Below are positions 7,602 through 14,476 of a stretch of 32,000 bases of DNA, one piece after another. The translations under genes were made by a program, and so were the position numbers. How positions within the stretch are numbered: position 1 is the stretch's first letter; every line of letters starts with the position of its first letter. Origin of the DNA: Promethearchaeota archaeon (GTDB taxonomy: Archaea > Asgardarchaeota > Lokiarchaeia > Sigyniarchaeales > Promethearchaeaceae); assembly GCA_016933055.1 (NCBI GenBank), contig JAFGBS010000014.1, positions 180,001-212,000 of the forward strand, read 5' to 3'. The notes beneath the pieces are model-generated. The model made no database searches. It had not been told where the DNA came from and saw only the letters and a list, made by a program, of their open reading frames with translations.

Positions 7602-9380
7602 TTACATACTAGGACGCATATGCTGAGGAGGAGGTCTTAAACAGAAGCCACATTTACCAAAAGAGATTATGGTCTGATTCCAGCAGTGTTCATGATATAA
7701 GCGTTCGCAACTTGGGCACTGAGTTTGACACTGATCATGAGAGTCACCAGTACTGGATGAGATCTTCAACCCACATTCGGGACAATCTATTTTATGGCAG
7801 ATAACACAACTAAGTATGGATTCAGCGAAGATTGTCTGAGATATCTGATTGAAAAGATCAATTAAGTAGTTAAAAGGATGCCATTGCTGGGTAAAGGACT
7901 GAATTTGATTGTTGATTTTTTCTTTTATTTCTTCATACTCTTCCAATGCTGATAGAAGCTTGAAGTGAGGAACTGTTATTGGATATTCATCATTCATTTG
8001 GACCTCGAATGTGAATGCCAGATCTTTAGTTTTTAGTTGACCAGATATTTCAATTGAAAATTTGTCGGTAGTTTTATCATAATCAACCTTTTTTACTCCC
8101 CCTTTCAGTAGATCTACTTCAAAACTTATGCGAGATGCCTTGTCAACCAACCAAGAAATCTCTCGTAACACATCCACAACGTGGCTCTCTTTTCTCTTCC
8201 AATTTTTTAATACCATCAGATCTTGAGGGGAAAAAGGAAGGACTTCTTGCAATGCTGATGAAAACTGAACTAAAGGCTCGTTAGGATATTTTGAAATATC
8301 TAATGTAAGAATATATTCTTTAAATCCGTATGTAAATAAACCTACTTGAAGATGGGAAATTAAACCATCTACCATTTCTGTCTTGTATTCCCCAAAGATC
8401 ATTTTAGCCTCCTGTTCAATGTCACTCAAAAACCAAAGTTTTCCCTCAACCTCCCGAATTAATTCCACAACATGACGGGGATTGTTCTCATCCCATGACT
8501 TCAAGATTCCAATAGATTCGTCAACATCCCCAAGGATCTTTCTTAAATTATCTTGAACCACCACTTCTGGCTTCTTTGGAAACGAAGAAAAGTCAATACG
8601 AATGATAAAAGTCTGTTCGAGAGTAATCGTAAGATACACTTCCACAACTCCCATAGTATTTCCAACATAATCAATAGCGTATTCTTGCTGAATTAGCGCG
8701 GCTTCGGTTGATACTTTTACATCCAGTTCGGCATCTAAATTTTGTGCTTCGATGGACGGATATATAGGTCGTTCGGTGGGGGTGAGTGCGGGTACATTGT
8801 AAGGATCTGCTGAGGGATCCAAAGTTGGGTAAATGGATTCATTCTCTGGTACCTCTTCTTCGGAATTCCATTCTAAAATTTCATCGGGATTGATATATTC
8901 CTCTTGTTCATATAGATATTGACTCATATCGGGAGTGAGATATTGTTCCTCTTCATCCTTTTCTTGTTTATACGATTGTGATGACAATTCTTCCGTACTG
9001 AATTCTGCATAGGTAGGTTGGACAGATGGTTCCTCAGTAGATATATATATTTCCTTCTCCTCTTCTTGCTGTTCAACATAATTTTTAATTAGTACCGCTA
9101 ATTCTCGTACTGCTGTGACTACATGACTTTCAGGAGTCCAATTATTCAATGCATTAAGTTCAATTTCCTCCGGAACATTGGGAATTGGGAGGGGAAATAT
9201 AAAATCTGGTGGGTAAGTAGGAAAATCTTTGGTATATTTTATCTCTAAAGGATATTTTGTTTCCTTATTGGGGGATTCATAAATGTATCCATATAAATGT
9301 CGGAGATTTCCTTTAACCATATAAAACTTGAATTCGGAAGCAATTAATTGTGCTTCATGGAGTAATTTTCCATTTTCCAT
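7602..9380 (-). CDS. Tandem UEV/RWD (inactive E2-fold, 4 copies) protein with a C-terminal C4HC3 RING-variant zinc finger; putative E3 ubiquitin ligase
   Basis: Four ~100-aa units each carry [FY]PxxP-type motifs (FPTYPP, FPKKP, YPNEP, YPITVP) and W...VV..I/VRE-like endings. The C-terminus is CPEC-x18-CPSC-x4-H-x2-C-x10-CGFC. The ATG at 9380 is preferred over the TTG at 9458 given in the ORF track. Confidence 0.78.
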   Translation of the reverse strand: MENGKLLHEAQLIASEFKFYMVKGNLRHLYGYIYESPNKETKYPLEIKYTKDFPTYPPDFIFPLPIPNVPEEIELNALNNWTPESHVVTAVRELAVLIKNYVEQQEEEKEIYISTEEPSVQPTYAEFSTEELSSQSYKQEKDEEEQYLTPDMSQYLYEQEEYINPDEILEWNSEEEVPENESIYPTLDPSADPYNVPALTPTERPIYPSIEAQNLDAELDVKVSTEAALIQQEYAIDYVGNTMGVVEVYLTITLEQTFIIRIDFSSFPKKPEVVVQDNLRKILGDVDESIGILKSWDENNPRHVVELIREVEGKLWFLSDIEQEAKMIFGEYKTEMVDGLISHLQVGLFTYGFKEYILTLDISKYPNEPLVQFSSALQEVLPFSPQDLMVLKNWKRKESHVVDVLREISWLVDKASRISFEVDLLKGGVKKVDYDKTTDKFSIEISGQLKTKDLAFTFEVQMNDEYPITVPHFKLLSALEEYEEIKEKINNQIQSFTQQWHPFNYLIDLFNQISQTIFAESILSCVICHKIDCPECGLKISSSTGDSHDQCQTQCPSCERLYHEHCWNQTIISFGKCGFCLRPPPQHMRPSM

Positions 9381-9493
9381 TTTGAATACCCGAGTTTTTG
9401 AATAATAAAGGCTTAAATAGTGCTTTATATCTTGTCCAACAACAAAAAGTGAAGACAATAACTATAAAATACCGATATGTCTATAAACTGTAC

Positions 9494-9514
9494 AAAAAAA
9501 GGGAAAAAAGAAAA
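9494..9514 (-). terminator. Oligo-T terminator after the dodecin gene
   Basis: The minus strand reads TTTTCTTTTTTCCCTTTTTTT about 10 nt after the tandem TAA/TGA stops. Confidence 0.5.
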
Positions 9515-9523
9515 TCTCATCAT

Positions 9524-9733
9524 TTATTCTTCGAATTTGAAGGATAGGTTCACGCGCGCTCGGTACATAACAATTTCATTATTCAAAATCTTCGCATCAA
9601 GTTTAATTACTTCTGCAATACGTAGATCCCGCAATGTTTTTGCTGCTGTCTCAACTGCATTATGAATTGCATCTTCAAAACTTGTTTCAGAGGAGCCCAC
9701 TAATTCAATAAACTTATACACAGATTCTGCCAT
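9524..9733 (-). CDS. Dodecin (flavin-binding storage protein)
   Basis: 69 aa with the typical VYKFIELVGSSETSFEDAIHNAVETAAKTLRDLR...YRARVNLSFK pattern. Confidence 0.93.
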   Translation of the reverse strand: MAESVYKFIELVGSSETSFEDAIHNAVETAAKTLRDLRIAEVIKLDAKILNNEIVMYRARVNLSFKFEE

Positions 9734-9999
9734 AGTTTTTCACTTTAATTGTTTATGATATTAAAAATCGGATATGTTTTCCGACGAAAATAATTACCCA
9801 AAAGGCATTATTAAATTCTTCGGCTACATAAAAAAAGGAAGATGAGAAATCGATGCTTTTTCATTCATATAAACCTCAGAGATTTGTACAAAATGAAGAT
9901 AAATTAGCATTCTCTTTCACAAAATTAAAATGAGATACTTAATGTCTTTTTCTTGACTGAAGTGCAATTTCAGTCGATCAATGTTTGTTGTGAAAAAAA

Positions 10000-12900
10000 A
10001 TGCGAGATTTAGGAAAACTCGATTCCCTCCAGTTGGAAGAGAGAATACTCAAGTGGTGGGAATGCGAAAACATATATGAATTAATTAAGCAAAATGAACC
10101 CGAAAAACGCGTTTGGCGTTTTATAGATGGTCCTCCCTACACAAGTGGGGATGTGCATCTTGGAACTGCTTGGAACAAAATAATGAAAGACTTATTGATA
10201 CGTTACAAGCGAATGCGGGGCTATAAGGTACTGGACACCCCCGGATATGATACACACGGGCTCCCAATTGAAGTCGTAATGGAAAAGAAGCTCAATATTC
10301 ACAACAAACAAGAGATTATCGATTACGGCTTAGATAAATTTATTGAAGAATGTCGTAAATATGCAAAAAGCATGATTCCCATAATGAATGAACAATTCAA
10401 GAGATTGGGTTGCTCATTTTGGGATTGGGAACACCCCTATGTCACCTATGAAAATACATACTTACAAGGTGCATGGTGGACATTAAAAAAGGCACATGAA
10501 AATGGATATTTATATAAATTCTATAAACCTCAGAATTGCTGCCCCAGATGCGCCACAGCATTAGCGAAGCATGAATTTGAATATGCAAATATAAAAGATA
10601 CAGCCATTTTCGTAAAGTTCCAGACCATTGAGGACCCCAAAACCTTTTTTGTGATTTGGACAACAACTCCGTGGACTCTTGTTGCTAACACCAATATTAT
10701 GGTCAACCCCGATATTGAATACGTGGAGATGCGTGTAAAGGATGAAACGTGGATAATGGGGATAGCTGCTACCACAAATTTGCTGCAAAACAAGATGGGA
10801 TTACCTTTAAACAAAGATGAGGGATTTTCCTACGGTAGGAGATTCAATGGTAGAGAATTGGAAGGAAAACGCTATATCCATCCTCTTGGGGATGAAGTTC
10901 CAATGCAAGCGGAACTTGAGAAGAAACAGCCCAAAGTACATACCGTGGTTCTCAGTTCGGAATTTGTATCGGAAGGGGAGGGTTCGGGTCTTGTGCATAC
11001 CGCCCCCGGTCACGGACCTGAAGATTTTGAAGTAGGTGTCAGAAACGAAATTCCCATTTTTAATCCTGTAGATCTCTCCGGAAATTATACTGAGGAAGGA
11101 GGATATTTCGAGGGGAAAAATGTTGCGGACACGAATGAAGAAATTATCGATATCTTACATAAGAAAGGTACTTTGCTTCATCAAGAGGAAATCGTACACG
11201 AATATGCTCATTGTTGGAGATGCAAAACAAAATTAGTGTACCGTGCTACCGAACAGTGGTTTCTTTCTTCCTCTGCGATTAAAGATCGAATGATCGAACT
11301 GAACCAAGATGTTTATTGGATCCCCGACCAAGCAGGACATTTACAGTTTGAGTCATGGTTGCAAAATCTTCAAGATTGGTGTATATCTCGACAGAGATAT
11401 TGGGGAATTCCTATACCGATCTGGGAATGTACAAATGAAAATTGCGACCATCTAGAAGTAATTGGTACTGCAGAGGAGTTGGAACAAAAAGCAGGTAAGA
11501 TCCCGGAAGATTTGCATAAACCTTGGATCGACGAAGTCGAGCTTCGATGCGATAAATGTGAAGGTGTCATGAAACGAATTTCCGATGTTCTGGACGTATG
11601 GTTTGATTCGGGATCGGTGATGTGGGCAGCTCAAAAATTCTATGACGGGTACATTCATTACGATACATGGGAAAAAGCTGATTTTATCATAGAGGGAAAG
11701 GATCAAATACGCGGCTGGTTTAACTCATTACTTGGGTGCGCGGTATTAACTTCTGACCGCCGTAGTTATGATGCTTGCTATATGCACGGATGGGTTTTAT
11801 CCCATGGTATTAAGATGTCTAAATCTCTCGGAAATAAAGTGGAACCGAGAGATGTGATCGAGGGAAAAGTAGAGATCCTTACAGAGCGGCAAAAAGAGCT
11901 GCTTCGTGAAGAAGCCCGAGAAATAGAAGCTTCCAAATTTGAAAAAACAAAAAAAAATTTAACTAAGACACGAATTTCTAAGAGAAAAAAGAAATATATC
12001 AAAGATGATAAACGCTGGTCAGATATCAAGGGAATTGAAACATTTAGGTTTTATTGTGTGACTGCAGCTGCGCCAGGTGCTGATTTCAGCTTCAACTATA
12101 AAGAATATGTGGATTCATATAAAGTGTTGAATACATTATGGAATTCATATGTATTCGCTCAGGAAAAAATGAGTTTAAACGAGTTCGATCCCCTCAAACA
12201 CAAATTCAAATGGGAGGATTTAACCCTCGAAGATAAATGGATAATTTCCAAAACGAATGTAGTAATAAAGGAATTATCTCAGATCTTAGATTCCTATGAG
12301 CTTCCGAAATTTCCACAAAGGTTACAAGATTTTATCCTAAATGATGTATCTAGATGGTATATCACCTTAATACGAGAAAAAGTTGAACCCCGTAGTGAGG
12401 ATCCCCTTAAAATTCAGACCCTTGCTGTATTATGGTATGTATTACATCGACTTTTACTGGTATTATCCCCTTTAAATCCGATGATTACAGAAGAAATTTA
12501 TCAAAAAATGTTTGTAGATCATTTAAAAAATCCGAAGAAATCAGTACATCTCGAGAAATGGCCAAGAATTCAAACTAAGCGAATTAATTCGGAAATTGAA
12601 GAACAGATGGAACTTAGTCGTCAAATTATAGAGGCAGTTCGTTCATTGAAAGCTGATAATAAAATTAAATTACGTTGGCCTACCAAAGGTTTGATTATTG
12701 TTCCAAAAAAGAATATTCCAGATTTACAATTGATGGAGTTGATACAGAATATGGCTAATGTGAAAACTGTACGAATAGCCAAAGAGACTCCCGAAGGCAA
12801 GAATTACACATCTGTAGACCATGTTATAGGAAAATTGATTTTAGATCTTAATGACACTGTAGAATTGCAACGTGAACGTATTTTAAGGGATTTACTTCGC

Positions 12901-13251
12901 ACATTACAACATTTACGAAAAATAAATGATCTAAAAACTGGTGAACCAATTCAAGTCATCCTAGCTACGAAATCCGATTTCGCATTTGATACATTACAGC
13001 AAAATGAACCGGAAATTCGATCGAAGATCTCTGCGGAATCTTTTACTATTGAAAGAGAAATTCACTCGGAAGAAAACGGATGGATACATCACCAATTTTA
13101 TTTCTGTTTGAATAAGGGATGTTATGCAAGTATCCGGAAAAAGCACATCGATAAAATACGCGAGGGAAAGGACTATAGTTGTGATTATTGTGAAAAACTA
13201 GTGACTGAAGAAAATCTTGGAGAGATTGACATAAGATTTAAAAAATTATGA
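10000..13251 (+). CDS. ileS: Isoleucine--tRNA ligase (archaeal/eukaryotic type II)
   Basis: DGPPY..G.VHLGTAWNK (HIGH), GYDTHGLPIE, editing-domain WTTTPWTL and GLVHTAPGHG, DWCISRQRYWGIPIP, and KMSKS. Confidence 0.97.
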   Translation: MRDLGKLDSLQLEERILKWWECENIYELIKQNEPEKRVWRFIDGPPYTSGDVHLGTAWNKIMKDLLIRYKRMRGYKVLDTPGYDTHGLPIEVVMEKKLNIHNKQEIIDYGLDKFIEECRKYAKSMIPIMNEQFKRLGCSFWDWEHPYVTYENTYLQGAWWTLKKAHENGYLYKFYKPQNCCPRCATALAKHEFEYANIKDTAIFVKFQTIEDPKTFFVIWTTTPWTLVANTNIMVNPDIEYVEMRVKDETWIMGIAATTNLLQNKMGLPLNKDEGFSYGRRFNGRELEGKRYIHPLGDEVPMQAELEKKQPKVHTVVLSSEFVSEGEGSGLVHTAPGHGPEDFEVGVRNEIPIFNPVDLSGNYTEEGGYFEGKNVADTNEEIIDILHKKGTLLHQEEIVHEYAHCWRCKTKLVYRATEQWFLSSSAIKDRMIELNQDVYWIPDQAGHLQFESWLQNLQDWCISRQRYWGIPIPIWECTNENCDHLEVIGTAEELEQKAGKIPEDLHKPWIDEVELRCDKCEGVMKRISDVLDVWFDSGSVMWAAQKFYDGYIHYDTWEKADFIIEGKDQIRGWFNSLLGCAVLTSDRRSYDACYMHGWVLSHGIKMSKSLGNKVEPRDVIEGKVEILTERQKELLREEAREIEASKFEKTKKNLTKTRISKRKKKYIKDDKRWSDIKGIETFRFYCVTAAAPGADFSFNYKEYVDSYKVLNTLWNSYVFAQEKMSLNEFDPLKHKFKWEDLTLEDKWIISKTNVVIKELSQILDSYELPKFPQRLQDFILNDVSRWYITLIREKVEPRSEDPLKIQTLAVLWYVLHRLLLVLSPLNPMITEEIYQKMFVDHLKNPKKSVHLEKWPRIQTKRINSEIEEQMELSRQIIEAVRSLKADNKIKLRWPTKGLIIVPKKNIPDLQLMELIQNMANVKTVRIAKETPEGKNYTSVDHVIGKLILDLNDTVELQRERILRDLLRTLQHLRKINDLKTGEPIQVILATKSDFAFDTLQQNEPEIRSKISAESFTIEREIHSEENGWIHHQFYFCLNKGCYASIRKKHIDKIREGKDYSCDYCEKLVTEENLGEIDIRFKKL

Positions 13252-13262
13252 GAATTCGCTTC

Positions 13263-14441
13263 CTAAATTTTTATTTTATATATTTCCTCTTGTTTTGGTC
13301 CCGTAACTATTACTTCTCGATTTTCCGAAATATAGACATTGACTTCACTTCTAATTCCGATTTTTTCCTCAGGTATATAGATGCCGGGTTCAATGGAATG
13401 CAAAATCCCAGGAATTACTCTTCGAGTGTCTTTAGTTTCTAAAGAATCCAAGTTCACTGCGTTGCCATGGGTTTCACGACCAATAGAGTGACCTAATCGA
13501 TGGGTGAAATACTGACCAAATCCTCTTTTTGTTATATAGTCCCGTGCTACTTGGTCAATTTCCCATCCAGCGACGGATAGGCCAGATTGTATTTTTTCGG
13601 TTTCAAAATGAATAGCTTTATCTCTTGCTTTTATCACAACATCCCAGATTTCTTGAATTCGAGGTGGGATCACCTCACCGACATATGCCATTCTCGTAAT
13701 ATCGACATAAACGGAATCTTGATCTTTGAACTTAGCCCAGGAATCAATTAGAACCAAATCTCCTTCTTGAATTATGGACGAATTCTTATTTGGAATATAG
13801 TGAGGATCTGTTGCATGGTCATTAACAGCAACAATAGGACTCACATCAGTTACTAATCCATATTCACGGTATTTTTTCTGGATCAATCGGTGAATATCGT
13901 ATTCGGTAACAGATTCTTTTGTTTGCAGTAAATTACCAATCTCTTCGAACGCATTTGTTGTGATTCGATGCATAATCACACTGGCTTTTTTATGAGTTTC
14001 GAATGCCTTTTCAGTAACTAAACCTTCAAATTCTTGAATAAGGTCTTGAGCACTTACCACTTCTACTCCGATACTTCGAATTAAATCTATTGTCCCCCCA
14101 TCCACAATCGATACATAGGGTACGTCACCTAAAGGACTGTAATGCATCGCTACTCGATTATGTTGGTGCAATATAGATTGTAAAGTAGTGTGTAAATCTT
14201 GCCATTTGATAATCACATACTTTTCTCCTGGCAATGTGTCTAAAACATGGGGTTCGACAGAACTAACTATTTTCTGCGGTGTTCCTTGAGCGGGTATGAA
14301 ATAAAACCAGCGACGAGTACAGACCGGATTTCCTAGTCCTAATATACGATAGGATAATGGATCTCTCCCATGAAAATCATAGAATAACCATCCATCTATA
14401 TTCTGGTCATGCAAAGCATTCTGTATTTGATTTACATCCAT
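13263..14441 (-). CDS. M24B-family Xaa-Pro peptidase (prolidase/aminopeptidase P-like)
   Basis: Metal ligands in LIDSW, YVDITR, HRLGHSIG, EPGIY and RSEVNV, plus a creatinase-like N-domain. Confidence 0.9.
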   Translation of the reverse strand: MDVNQIQNALHDQNIDGWLFYDFHGRDPLSYRILGLGNPVCTRRWFYFIPAQGTPQKIVSSVEPHVLDTLPGEKYVIIKWQDLHTTLQSILHQHNRVAMHYSPLGDVPYVSIVDGGTIDLIRSIGVEVVSAQDLIQEFEGLVTEKAFETHKKASVIMHRITTNAFEEIGNLLQTKESVTEYDIHRLIQKKYREYGLVTDVSPIVAVNDHATDPHYIPNKNSSIIQEGDLVLIDSWAKFKDQDSVYVDITRMAYVGEVIPPRIQEIWDVVIKARDKAIHFETEKIQSGLSVAGWEIDQVARDYITKRGFGQYFTHRLGHSIGRETHGNAVNLDSLETKDTRRVIPGILHSIEPGIYIPEEKIGIRSEVNVYISENREVIVTGPKQEEIYKIKI

Positions 14442-14476
14442 GATACAAAAAAGGAAGAAATAAGAAAAAAGGTTGT

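Noticed and set aside
9381-9458. TTG-initiated 26-aa N-terminal extension of the RWD-RING ORF
   Set aside because: It has no domain content, and the in-frame ATG at 9380 coincides with the start of the first E2-like unit.
9768-9784. TCGGA-N7-TCCGA dyad upstream of dodecin
   Set aside because: The arms are only 5 bp, which is expected by chance.
10150-10180. IleRS HIGH motif reads HLGT rather than HIGH/HxGH
   Set aside because: As I recall it, HLGT is common in archaeal IleRS, so it is not unusual.
11863-12030. IleRS insertion considered as a mini-intein
   Set aside because: It has no N-terminal Cys/Ser or C-terminal His-Asn splice motifs and is too short.
13249-13251. TGA stops (ileS, roadblock) as possible selenocysteine read-through
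   Set aside because: Both proteins are complete at the TGA, there is no Cys-equivalent position, and I saw no SECIS-like structure.
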